Source of the DNA: Cyanophora paradoxa CCMP329
Taxonomy: Eukaryota; Plantae; Glaucophyta
DNA: 36,663 bases
Assembly: GCA_004431415.1 (NCBI GenBank)
Contig: QPMI01000422.1
Coordinates: forward strand, 1 to 36,663
Direction of reading: 5' to 3'
Shown here: positions 1-9,856 of the stretch, piece after piece
Position numbering within the stretch: position 1 is the stretch's first letter
Layout: each line of letters starts with the position of its first letter
Notes under the pieces: generated by a model
What the model was told of the DNA's origin: nothing
What the model saw: the letters and a program-made list of their open reading frames with translations, nothing else
The model's database searches: none
Position numbers and translations under genes: made by a program

Positions 1-3000
1 CCTCACCGCCGGGGTCGAACCCGCAGCCTTCTACAAGGAGCTGCTGATGCAGCGGCTGGCCCAGGGCATGCAGGCGAGCGGGCCGCCGCCCCCCCCCCCC
101 CTTGCTCCTTGACCGCCCGGGGGTACAGGTGATTGCGACGGAGAGCTTCGTCGCTGAGCCTGCAAGCGGAGCGGCGGCTGCTGGGCGCCAAGGGCGGCCC
201 CCGCCCGCGTCGGCAGGTCCGCCCGCCCCTCTGCCCTCTCTCTTTCCCCTTGGTTAAAGTACAGAGTTTGGAGTCCACGATAGCTAACGTATGTACGATG
301 AATCTCGCTTAAGTTATAAGAAGTTAAAGTTGCTCTCTCTCCCTCCGCGCTCACTCTCGCTGCGCCGTGCAGCGCCTCAACGTCGGGGCCGGCGGCGGGC
401 AGTCGGCGCGGATCCGTCGCCGCGGTACCCTCGGTGCGCCTCGCCACCTCCCCCCCCTCCCTCACACACACAGACCCTCCCCCCCCCCCCCCCCCCCAAC
501 ACCCCCCCACCCCCTTCTCCCTCACCTCCTTCCGCCCGCTGAACGCCGGGCAGGGCTGGGTCCGGGGCGCCGCAGCGCTGCGTGTACAACCTCGGGATGC
601 GGCACCAGTACCACATTCTCACCTTCGACCACGAGAACAAGAACATCCAGATCAAGGCGCGAGCGTACCCCCTCGCCTCCTCCCCCCTACATCCGTCTTT
701 GCTTTTCGAGCCCCCCCCCCCCCCCCCTCCCCCCTCCCCCCCCCCCCCCCCCCCCGCAGCGGTACCAGGCGCGGGAGGACTCGCGGGAGGCCCCCGGGCC
801 CTGGGGCGTGTACCCTACATGCTCTGGGACTCCTGGGAGGGCGCTTCCTCCCCTGCCGGCGCGCACCCCCTCCCCCGCCCCGTTTTCGCCGTACCCGGCC
901 TTGATTCCCGACCGCAGGCGCGTCATCGAGCAGGTCCAGGTCTGCCCGCCCCTCCGCGGCGCCTGTACCCCCGCCCCGGCGCGGCCCGCCCCCGGCCGAC
1001 AGCTCGCCCCGCCACGCAGGACCACTACCGCTGGAAGCACCTCGACAGCTCATGACCTGCGGCTGCGCGCGTGCGCGGGAACCCTGCCTCCTTTCCTTCT
1101 GCTCCCCGCCCTGTTCCCCGCGGCGAACCTTCCTTAAAATTACTTCTAATAGAAAGTCAATAAGCTTGGGCGTTTACTTCTTATGGAGCTGCACGTACAG
1201 CTTATTTGGTTGAACAATTAAAAGACTAGGTTTTCATTATGCAACAAAAGCTGGAATCTCATGCCGCCCGACGACCCCGCTGCAGAGTGCACGCGCAGCA
1301 CCTGCCGGCGATGAAGAGCCGCCGCCTCCGCTTCGCCGTCATGCCCGTGCGCCCGCTCGGGAGGAGGGACGTTGTACAGCTAGGAGGGAGCCAGCTCGAG
1401 TCAACTAAGCTTTAATGCTTAACTAAAGTCTAACTGAAGAGAATCGCGCGCGCCACTCGCCTTTCTTCTGGCTTTGGTGACGCCGCGGGGCAGGGCCCGC
1501 TGCTGGTGCCCGTCCCCGGATCCGAGCCCGCCTCCTTCTTCTTCGCTGTACCCAGGCGGCCCCGGCCCCGCCGGCGCCGGCTCCGGCTCCGGCTCCGCGC
1601 CGGCCCCGGCGGCAGCTCCTCCCCCTCGGGCCTGGCCTGCTCAGAGGCGCCTCCGCCTCCGCCTCCGCCTCCGCCTCCGCCTCCTCCTCCTCCGCCGCCC
1701 GGGGCCGCTCCCGCGTGCTCCTCCACGAGCCGAACACGGTCCTCCTGCTCCGCCTGCGCTCCGGCCTCGCCGCCGCCGGCCACTCCGTCGTCCCGTGCCC
1801 CTCCCTCGACGCCGCCCTCGACGCGGCCCGCCGCGCCCCCCGCGCCCTCCGCCATCGTCGCGAGGGCGTCGGTCCTCCCCGCCCTCCGCCGCGCCGCCGA
1901 GCAGGCCGCCGGGGCCGGGGCGAGCCGCCCCTCTGCGTCGCCCTCGTACCCCTCGACCGGTGGGGCGAGCGCGCCGAGCTCGGCGCCGATGTGGTGCTCC
2001 CCGTCGGCTGCTCCCCGCAGCCGCCGCGCGCGCCCTCGACGCGTGCTCCCCGCGGCGGCGGCCGGCGCCGGCGCGGGGCGGCGGCGGAGGACGAGGAGCG
2101 GGCGGGGCGGGTCTCCGCCTTCCGGCTGCTGAGCCGGCACCTGCTCGGGCGGCCCTCGCGCGGCCTTGGCGTACCCCCCGAGGACGACTCCCCGACCTCT
2201 TCCAAGTCTTCGTCGTGCGTCCGCGCCTGTACCCCCCCTCTGCAGCTTCGTTCCTTCGTCAATGCGCGTACTTTCCCCCCTCCAGGACCCGGCCCCTCTG
2301 AGCAGCCCTCGAAGGCGGGCGCGGCGCCCCGCCCGCGCCGCGTCGGCCGTCGCGTCGTCGTCGGCGGCGGCCGCCTCGTCGGCGGTGGCGGCGGGCCGCA
2401 GCGGCTCGCCCGTGCCGATCGGCGTGTCCCCCGCGGCGCTCGCCCGGGCGGTCCGCGGCGTCCGCTCGAACTCGTTCTCCAACTCGCCCACCAACGCCCC
2501 GGCGGCGGCGCCGTTGCCGGCTCGGGCTTCGGGCAAGGCCCCGGGGGCGCCTTCGGGCCGCCCCCTGCGACGCAGAGGAGGCGGCGGCGGCCGTCGCGGC
2601 CGTCGCGGCGAGCGCGGCCTCCACGGGCGGGGCCTACGGCTTCGTCGGGCACGGCACGTGCGTCTACGAGGAGAACTACGGGGCGGAGGGCAAGGCGAGA
2701 GCTCCCCGCCCTCCTCGCGAGCCCTGCCTCCCGCCTCATCGAAGCCTATGCTCAGGTGACGACGGACGAGCACGGGCGGCCCGTCCTTCCGCAGCGCTTC
2801 ATCAAGGTGCCCCGGGCCCGCCGCCCTTGAGAGCCGCCCGCCCTCGAGGCCGCTTGGCTGCGGTCGGTCACGGCTGTCGCTGCTCGTTCCGCTTGTCGCG
2901 AGACTGCCTTTCTTCTTCCTCCCCGTACGCGTGCTTCTCGCGCCCGATCCCCCGCGGCAGGTGGCGATCGAGTCGGCGAACGAGGACGCCCGCGTCGAGT

Positions 3001-4428
3001 GGATCGTGCGCCCCCCCCCCCCCCCCCCTCCCCCCCCCCCTCCCGCCCTTCTCCTTCAAGGCCCCGCTGCGCATCCACGCCCCTCTCCCCAGAGCCCGCG
3101 ATGCTCACCTACACGCGCGCTCCGCCCTAGATCTCCGCCCCGCCCCTCTCTCTGAGTCGCACCCTCACGCCCGTGCCCGCGCCCCCGCCCCGCTCGCGCG
3201 GCAGGCGCTGCTGCACGACGCGACGTTCGCCCCGGACCGCGTCTGGTTCTTCGAGGCGCGCCCCGCCCCTCCCGGCCCGCCCCCCCCCGTTCTGCGCTGC
3301 TAGGATAGGGAAGGCCCCGCCCGGCTTGCACCTGCCTGCCGGCTAGGATAGAAAAGGCCGGCTATCCCCTCTTCCGGCCCGCCCCTCCCGCCCTTCCCGG
3401 CCGGCGCCTGCCGCCCACTCGGGCAAGAGAGATCCCGCCTGGAATTCGATCCCGCCCGGCCGCGGCCCGACCTCACGCCCTCCGCCCCGCCCCACAGGTC
3501 CACTGGCTCGTCTGCTCGGGCGTCGTCCGTGCGCCCCCCGCGCCCCGCGCGCCCCTCGGACTTCGCTCCGGCTGAGCGGCGGGGCGACGTCGACCTCGCA
3601 GTGGAGGACTTCACGAAGTACCTCTACCGCAAGACGGCCGCCTTCGCCGTGCCTCTCGTCCAGGTCCCCATCGAGCGGGTCCGTGCATCCGAGACCGTGC
3701 ACGTGGCCTAGAGCGCCTCCACTGGCTTCTTCTCTGTCGGCTCGGCCTTCCGGTCGCCCGCTTTGATTTCGCCCCTGCCCCCGCGCCCCGCCCCGGCAGG
3801 AGCCGCACGCGTCGGACCCGTTTCACGAGGGCCTCTGGATGGGGACCGTCGCCCCCGCCCTCCGCGCCCCCCTCCACGAGGCCCTCCTCCACCGCTTCCA
3901 GGCCCGGCCCCGACCCCGCCCCCGCCCTCGCCGCCCCTTCTGTTTGCGCGTCCACTAGTGCTTGGTCTGAGATCTCGCAGTTCGCGGTGGCCTCGGCCCC
4001 GCCGGGCGGCTGGTCGGCCGAGGGCGGCGACCGGCGCGACGCTCCCGTGCGCCCGCGGCCGCTCCCCGCCGCCTGTCGCTGCCGGCTTCGGCTTCTAACC
4101 GCTGCGGACGGGGCGCAGGAGGAGGGGGCCGGCGAGCAGCGGGGCCGGCAGCCGCTGGCGCGCTACGTCCACAGGTCCGGCGCCGCATTCCTCCGCCTCG
4201 AGCGCAGCGGCCTCTTCTGGTGCGCAGCCGAAGAAGAGAGTTGCTGAGACTCGCTCTTTTGCTGAGGTGTACCGCAGGGTGTCGAACTTCTTGCCGCAGC
4301 CTGCGCTGCGGGCGGCGGGGCGGGCGCTGCAGGGGACGCACGCGCAGCTGCGCGCCTTCCTGCTCGCCCTCGCCGCCGCCCGCGCCGCCGCACTCGAGAT
4401 CGCCGACGCCCTCCCCTGCTTCCCCTGA
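1..4428 (+). CDS. DEPDC5: Host GATOR1 subunit DEPDC5/IML1, 3' part of a multi-exon gene (start lies upstream of the window; exon boundaries only partly resolved)
   Basis: Exon peptides appear in DEPDC5 order: FYKELLMQRLAQGMQ (~29-73), YNLGMRHQYHILTFDHENKNIQIK|RY, YMLWDSW, HYRWKHLD, SRRLRFAVMP, LLHDATFAPDRVWFFE|VHWLVCSG, VEDFTKYLYRKTAAFAVPLVQVP, RYVHRSGAAFLRLERSGLFW|VSN. Stop TGA at 4426-4428. C-rich introns separate the exons. Confidence 0.8.
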
Positions 4429-4775
4429 GCCCGGGGCGGTCCGCCGCGAGCGCCCCTTCCCGCCCCGGCCAGTACTAGTACTAGTGCTTGGATGATAATG
4501 TTTCTTCGTCTGCAGCGCTAGCTGCCTCCCACATCTTTAATTTCTACGGCCCATCATTGTCAATCTACATACACGGCTCGACTCCATTCTTAGAGCTGAG
4601 GCGATGGCATCGGGCAATCTCATTGCAGCCGCGTGATAGAAGGCCGGAAGGCCGGCGCGCCGGCGGGAGAAGAGGCAAGGGGGCGACTCGGCAAGGCGGA
4701 GGGCGCGGCGAAAAGGGCGTGGGGCGGGGCGCCCCGCAGCTCTGGCGTCAACGCGCGTCGTACGTATATATAAGT

Positions 4776-5487
4776 TCAGCGCCGGATCGCTGCGGCGCAC
4801 GCCTCGAGCAGCGTCTCGACGCTGGCCGCTTTGCGCTTGTTCTGCACGGGGTACGGGATGGCCGTGCCCGCAAAGACGCCCCTCAGATCCTCCGGGATCT
4901 CCCCCGCTGGCGGAGCGGTCAGCCAGGCCTAGATCTAGAGCTAGGCGGGGGCTGGGGCGGGATGGCGGGGCGGACCGGAGGGGAAGGGGCAGGAGCTCTC
5001 GTCGTGGAGGAGGAGGATGGTCTTCTTGGCCCTGGCCGCGTGCCGGACCTCGCCCAGCGCGCCCGCGCTCTTCAGCACGTCTGCCCGGGCCGGGCCGGGG
5101 TCGACGTCAGAAGGGAAGCAACGTTAACGGAGCAGAGCATTTGAGAGGCAGGAGAGCGATCGATCGCGGGGGCGGGGGCGGACCCTGGGAGATGACGAGG
5201 ACGAAGTTCGCGGACGCGTCGATGGTCCGCTCGAGCCTGCGGGCCGGGGCGACGCGGCCGGTCAGCAGCGAGGCCAAAGGGCGCCCGCTGGACGAGGCGA
5301 GGGCCGAGGCCGGGGCGGGGGCGCACTCGGGCAGCTCGGGGCGGGGGTCGCCGGCGGGGAGGAAGACGCGGAGGCCCGGGCGGGTCTGCTCCAGGTGCAG
5401 CTTCAGGGCGGGGGCGAGCTGGCCCGCGCTGGCGCCGTGCGAGAGGAACACGTCGTAGGCGTACTGCCCCCCCGGCCCATCGCCCCC
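4776..5487 (-). CDS. Host TIR (Toll/IL-1R) domain exons, the 3' end of the LRR-TIR gene
   Basis: Splicing GT-AG introns 5081-5183 and 4907-4975 gives YAYDVFLSH...LKLHLEQTRPGLRVFL...TIDASANFVLVISQDVLKSAGALGEVRHAARAKKTILLLHDESSCPFPSAGEIPEDLRGVFAGTAIPY...IRR* (stop 4776-4778). This matches the TIR betaA YDVFLSH motif, betaC FVLVIS and the alphaC glutamate. Confidence 0.8.
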
Positions 5488-5699
5488 TACAGAAGATCAG
5501 AACTCGAAAGATATCATCGAAGCAGGCTCGGCCCAAAATGGATGCGCGTACCAGAGGCGCAGGCCGAAGAGGACGAGGGCCCGGCTGCCGGCTGCAGCGA
5601 GGACTAGGGGTGAGGGGCCGCGGAAGCAACACAGAGCGGCGGGCTCACGGCAGAACTGCCAGCGGCAGCGGGGCGTTGGCGACGGCCAAGCCCCCTGCC

Positions 5700-6242
5700 T
5701 CATCGCCTGCCTCCCCTCCCCTCCCCCTCCTCCTCCTCCTCGCTGTAGTAGTCCATCGGGTTCTTCTCTGTGTTGAGGCAGCGGAGCTTCGGGAGCCGCA
5801 TGACCTCCTTCGGCAGCTCCTCCAGCTCGTTGGCGTACAGGTCCAGCTCCTCGAGGCTCGCGAGCCGCCCCAGCGCCCGCGGCACCGAGCGCAGCCCGTT
5901 CCGCGCCAGGTCAAGCTTCCTCAGGTTCGCGAGCTGCCCGATCTCCCGCAGCGCCGAGCTCTCCAGCCAGTTGTCGCTCAACTCTAGCTCCCGCAGGCTG
6001 GAAAGGCGCCCGATCTCCCTCGGAAGCCTCCTCAGCTCGTTGCCCCACAACGAGAGCCTCTCCAGGTTCGTCAGCTTCGCGAGCTCCGCCCCGGGGATGT
6101 GCTGGAGCTTGTTCCGGCTGAGGTCCAGCACGCGGATGTTCTTGGGTCCCACCTGCTCGATCACGGCTGTCGGCCACGCCGTCAGCCCCTCGCTTGACAT
6201 GTTCAGCTCCGTCTCGGTGGGATTCCAGTATTTCCACCGGGC
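5700..6242 (-). CDS. Host LRR block 2 (exon of the LRR-TIR gene)
   Basis: LxxLxLxxNxLxxLPxEIGxL repeats. Joined in phase 0 to the upstream LRR exon by intron 6243-6326 (GAT|GTGAGT...TTGAC...ATGCAG|GCC). The frame beyond the TGA at 5700 is in phase with the downstream linker and TIR exons, and the stop sits among G-runs. Confidence 0.8.
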   Translation of the reverse strand, partial: ARWKYWNPTETELNMSSEGLTAWPTAVIEQVGPKNIRVLDLSRNKLQHIPGAELAKLTNLERLSLWGNELRRLPREIGRLSSLRELELSDNWLESSALREIGQLANLRKLDLARNGLRSVPRALGRLASLEELDLYANELEELPKEVMRLPKLRCLNTEKNPMDYYSEEEEEGEGRGGRR

Positions 6243-6326
6243 CTGCATGCGGAGTTGTCAATTGTAATTATGCATAAACCAGCCGGAAACCCCCGTAGTG
6301 AATGAAGGGAACAAGGCAGAACTCAC

Positions 6327-6936
6327 ATCTATGGTGGCGCCTGCAGGCGGCAGCTGCGGTTTGCAATAAGAATCGTGAGGCCTAGGGTACGTGAAAAAAC
6401 ACGGCGTGATCACCGACGCGTTCGAGGCGGCGAGGGATCGGAGGAAGGCAATCAGATCTTTGCGCGCATAGTTGGGCAGGCCTGTGAATGGGTTGCTGCT
6501 CTCTCGTATCCACCTCAGGCTTGCAATGCGGCCAAGCTCCGCCGGAAGAGTCAACAGCTTGCCGCCAAGGACGTGCAACTCCTCCAAGTTTGCCAGGCGC
6601 CCGATTTCCGACGGCAGTTCTGTAATCTCGAGATAGTCCAGGTTTAGAATTTTTAGGCTTGCGAGCTGCCCCATCTCCGGTTGCAGTGCTGTCAGCTTGT
6701 TTTGTCCCATCGAGAGTTCCACCAGGTTTGCAAGCTGCCAAATCTCAAGCGGCAGCACCGTCAGCTCGTTGCTGCTGATGTCGAGCTTCTTCAGGTGCAA
6801 GAGCCGCCCGATCTCCCGTGGCAGCGTCGCCAGCTTGTTTCTGCGCACGTAGAAGATCTGCAGATTCACAAGCTGGCCGATCTCCGCTGGTAGAGCCGTC
6901 AACTCGTTGTCATAAATGTAGAGCTGCTCCAGGCTC
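6327..6936 (-). CDS. Host LRR block 1, 3' half (downstream of the viral insertion)
   Basis: SLEQLYIYDNELTALPAEIGQLVNLQ... about 6 LRRs plus cap. The first ~36 aa of ORF 6258..7043 are viral TIR read-through. Confidence 0.88.
6931..6936 (+). repeat. Left target-site duplication AGGCTC
   Basis: Identical hexamer directly flanks the right end at 32655-32660. Confidence 0.95.
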
Positions 6937-7793
6937 GCTCGCATGGGGGTAGCCCCCACCAATTGCGCGACCTTCCCGCAACCATTTTCAATAAGCACAT
7001 TTTCAGCATCACGAATCTCAGTCACAAAATCACAAATTCGCACTGAGCCACATTGTATTTTTCAAACATCTAACCCTTCCTTACTGAAACCAATCACGAA
7101 ACCCTTTCATTCTTCATTTTTCTAATTCCTTACCATTCCCAGTAAGCCCTTTAACTTTCCCCCGATCTCTCAGTAAGGACAGTAAGACCCTCATTTTTAC
7201 GAAATGTTCCCGATCGTTTCCGGACTGTTTTCAGTTACCCAAATTGAAAAATCAAGGTGAGCCCCACCAATTAAACAAGTGATCCCCACTTAAAGACTTC
7301 CAGTTAATATACTGTAACAATGGCAAGCAATCAAGTAAATCTACCTGAGACTAAGCGGTGCAATGTTTGCGATAAGGTAAAACCGGCATCGAGTTATGCA
7401 TTGCAAAAGCGTAGCTCAGGGAATGTTACTTTAAATTGGAGATGCAAAGTCTGCGACCGAGACTATCACAATTACCTTTATCATTTCGTGTTAAAAACGC
7501 GTCCGAAAATCGAAGTGCAATCGAAGATATGCTCGCACTGCAAGATTGAGAAGCTTGCAAGTGAGTTTAATAAAAGACAAAGAACGAAGGATGGTCTCAA
7601 CTATCAATGCCGAGAGTGTTATAGCAAAACTCGTAAGAGTTAAACCGAATTTCATTTTATATTTTTTAAAGCGAGTATGTGCATGAGCAAGCATGCCGAA
7701 AATGCCCACCTGCACAAACTCGCGACTTCAATCGAAATGTTCCATTTAATGCACTGGAACCACTCGCGCCCCGCCACTATGCAAGATACATGC
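6937..7793 (+). repeat. Left terminal inverted repeat (857 bp)
   Basis: Reverse complement of 31799-32654. By eye I found one substitution (6980) and three 1-bp homopolymer indels. Confidence 0.95.
7320..7643 (+). CDS. TIR-encoded tandem zinc-finger protein, 107 aa (copy 1)
   Basis: Two KxCxxCxxxKxxxx(Y/F)...CKxC/CREC modules of the kind found in viral DNA-binding and endonuclease-associated proteins. Identical protein at 31949-32272. Confidence 0.8.
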   Translation: MASNQVNLPETKRCNVCDKVKPASSYALQKRSSGNVTLNWRCKVCDRDYHNYLYHFVLKTRPKIEVQSKICSHCKIEKLASEFNKRQRTKDGLNYQCRECYSKTRKS

Positions 7794-8041
7794 AAACTAC
7801 ATGCGAGTTATATGAAAAATAAAAATTCAGTCATGTATATATTTCGTATATATGTCCGAACCTCCGTGTATGTGATCCCGCGCAACTTTGAATTTTTGTG
7901 TTTTTTATGTTTTTTTCGCATATGACGACATATACATATATATACCGGCGTCACCGACATATTCGGGGTCATCACATCGCGGAGATTCCGAAACATATAG
8001 CATGCGATAGCGTAGTATTTTAACGTGGTCTGATCGGAATG

Positions 8042-8467
8042 TGATAAATCAGCTGATAGGGCTGATCGTAGTGTGATAAATCAGCTGATCGCCATCTGAT
8101 AAATCAGCTGATAGGGCTGATCGTAGTGTGATAAATCAGCTGATAGGGCTGATCGTAGTGTGATAAATCAGCTGATCGCCATCTGATAAATCAGCTGATA
8201 GGGCTGATCGTAGTGTGATAAATCAGCTGATCGCCATCTGATAAATCAGCTGATAGGGCTGATCGTAGTGTGATAAATCAGCTGATAGGGCTGATCGTAG
8301 TGTGATAAATCAGCTGATCGCCATCTGATAAATCAGCTGATAGGGCTGATCGTAGTGTGATAAATCAGCTGATCGCCATCTGATAAATCAGCTGATAGGG
8401 CTGATCGTAGTGTGATAAATCAGCTGATAGGGCTGATCGTAGTGTGATAAATCAGCTGATCGCCATC
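8042..8467 (+). repeat. Higher-order tandem array (ABAAB)x3
   Basis: A=TGATAAATCAGCTGATAGGGCTGATCGTAGTG (32 bp, 9 copies); B=TGATAAATCAGCTGATCGCCATC (23 bp, 6 copies). The 142-bp super-unit occurs three times exactly. Confidence 0.95.
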
Positions 8468-8493
8468 TGATAAATCGTGATGTGATCGCAGGA

Positions 8494-8670
8494 GATAGTA
8501 TAGCGGGATAGTATAACCCAGGGGTGATAGTATAGCCGGATAGTATAACCACGGGCGATAGTATAGCGGGATAGTATAACCCCAGGGGGCGATAGTATAG
8601 CCGGATAGTATAACCCCGGGCGATAGTATAGCGGGATAGTATAACCCCATAGCCGGATAGTATATAGTAT
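8494..8670 (+). repeat. Second tandem array, about five 31-34-bp units GATAGTATAGC(G/C)GGATAGTATAACC...GGG(C/T)
   Basis: Units start at 8494, 8526, 8557, 8591 and 8622, followed by a partial unit. GCGG and GCCG alternate. Confidence 0.9.
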
Positions 8671-9084
8671 CACCAGGCATAATAGCCGCCGGTATTTATT
8701 TACCGGAACACCGGCGATCGCGACTTCGCGGAGACCCCTTCCGTTTTTCCCGCATAACTTTGGACAGGAAGCGATCTCGGCGCGCTCTCAATTGCTACGT
8801 GCTCGTAACTTGCTTCCGGGCACGATGGTGCTACTTTGACTAGCTTACGCAACCGTGACGCGAAACCCCAGTTCGCCAACGGCACAAGTGCCCGAAAACC
8901 GAGGTGTCCGCTACATTCTGAGCGCCGGCGCGCGTTCCCCTGAGGCTCCACTAGTCATACTTTGCATCCGTGTGCGTATAGAGTAGTTCTACGCTAATAC
9001 AAAGCGGCGCGGTCAGATTCGCAAAGGGCGCGATTTGGCGGCTACGAAACCACATAGCTCACAAAAATATCGACTTAAATAATA

Positions 9085-9477
9085 ATGGATTCCAAATACC
9101 GCGGCTACCACGTTATGCTCGACTATATAACCGACCCGTTCACCGAGTCCCCGGAGGCATGCGCCGAGTGGATCACAGCGAACCTATCGCAATATATCAC
9201 AGATCGCAATATGCGCATCGTGCACCAGCACACATGCATTTTCGATGGCTCTATTTCCCCTCCCGGTTTCGCGATTGGCTTTCTATTAGATGAGTCGCAT
9301 GCCACAGCTCACTCTTATAGCGACCAGGGGCTATTAGCGATCGATATCTTTACATGCGGCTCAAATGCCGAAGCGAAGACAATGGGTATAGCACAGGACA
9401 TTAACGAACTCATACAAGAAAGGCTGAAAGTTCGAAAGTGGGACTTACAGGTCGAGCAAAGGTTCCCAATTTCATAA
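9085..9477 (+). CDS. speD: Prokaryotic-type (short, class 1b) pyruvoyl-dependent S-adenosylmethionine decarboxylase proenzyme, 130 aa
   Basis: GYHVMLD N-terminus, PPGFAIGFLLD-E|SH-ATAHSY self-cleavage site and AIDIFTCG motif match the SpeD/SpeH family. Confidence 0.88.
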   Translation: MDSKYRGYHVMLDYITDPFTESPEACAEWITANLSQYITDRNMRIVHQHTCIFDGSISPPGFAIGFLLDESHATAHSYSDQGLLAIDIFTCGSNAEAKTMGIAQDINELIQERLKVRKWDLQVEQRFPIS

Positions 9478-9502
9478 AAAATGAAAAAAGCGACATATAC
9501 AT

Positions 9503-9817
9503 TTAATGTTCCTTGATCGGAAACTTGCCCATTAGCGGGTGATCGAGACCCATGACATACCAGGATTTCATAACGGGATCCCAGCGGGCTCTCTCAGCCT
9601 TCGCTTGATCCTTAAATTCATAAGGAATATCGAGGTAAACCTTCACGTTTCTTTGATACACTTGCTCATAGCTTAGAGTTTTGAACTGAGAGCATAGGGG
9701 GTGATCTTTCTTCGTGACATACCAGCATGAATTCTCACGATCCCACTTTCCACCGAGGGATTTCGCAACGTCTTTTTTATCAAACGGAATATCAATAAAA
9801 TGCTTTTCACCCTCCAT
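9503..9817 (-). CDS. Tandem DUF5710-like domain protein, 104 aa
   Basis: Two repeats, IDIPFDKKDVAKSLGGKWDRENSCWYV and LDIPYEFKDQAKAERARWDPVMKSWYV. Confidence 0.8.
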   Translation of the reverse strand: MEGEKHFIDIPFDKKDVAKSLGGKWDRENSCWYVTKKDHPLCSQFKTLSYEQVYQRNVKVYLDIPYEFKDQAKAERARWDPVMKSWYVMGLDHPLMGKFPIKEH

Positions 9818-9830
9818 CTCTTTTATATTT

Positions 9831-9850
9831 ACCGGAGAAAATAATTTCGG
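9831..9850 (-). promoter_or_regulatory. Conserved upstream motif (minus strand CCGAAATTATTTTCTCCGGT) before the DUF5710 gene
   Basis: 20-bp exact copy at 15597-15616; 13 bp separate it from the ATG at 9817. Confidence 0.65.
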
Positions 9851-9856
9851 GGTTTG

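Noticed and set aside
1423-4495. Many long overlapping Pro/Arg/Gly/Ala-rich ORFs on both strands
   Set aside because: Shadow ORFs caused by very high GC; the recognisable peptides belong to + strand DEPDC5 exons.
6937-7125. N-terminus of ORF 6258..7043, ORF 6943..7125 and mirror ORFs 32466..32720 and 32548..32763
   Set aside because: Chance read-through across the TIR/host junction; the LRR frame properly continues at 32655.
8042-8670. Possible CRISPR array
   Set aside because: The sequences between repeat heads are only two invariant types, not unique spacers. There are no cas genes and the context is eukaryotic.
8420-8680. ORFs 8420..8680 and 8452..8673 (-)
   Set aside because: They are translations of the tandem repeats with no independent coding evidence.
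8700-8951. 83-aa minus-strand ORF
   Set aside because: GTG start, no recognisable motif and no shared upstream motif, so it cannot be supported.
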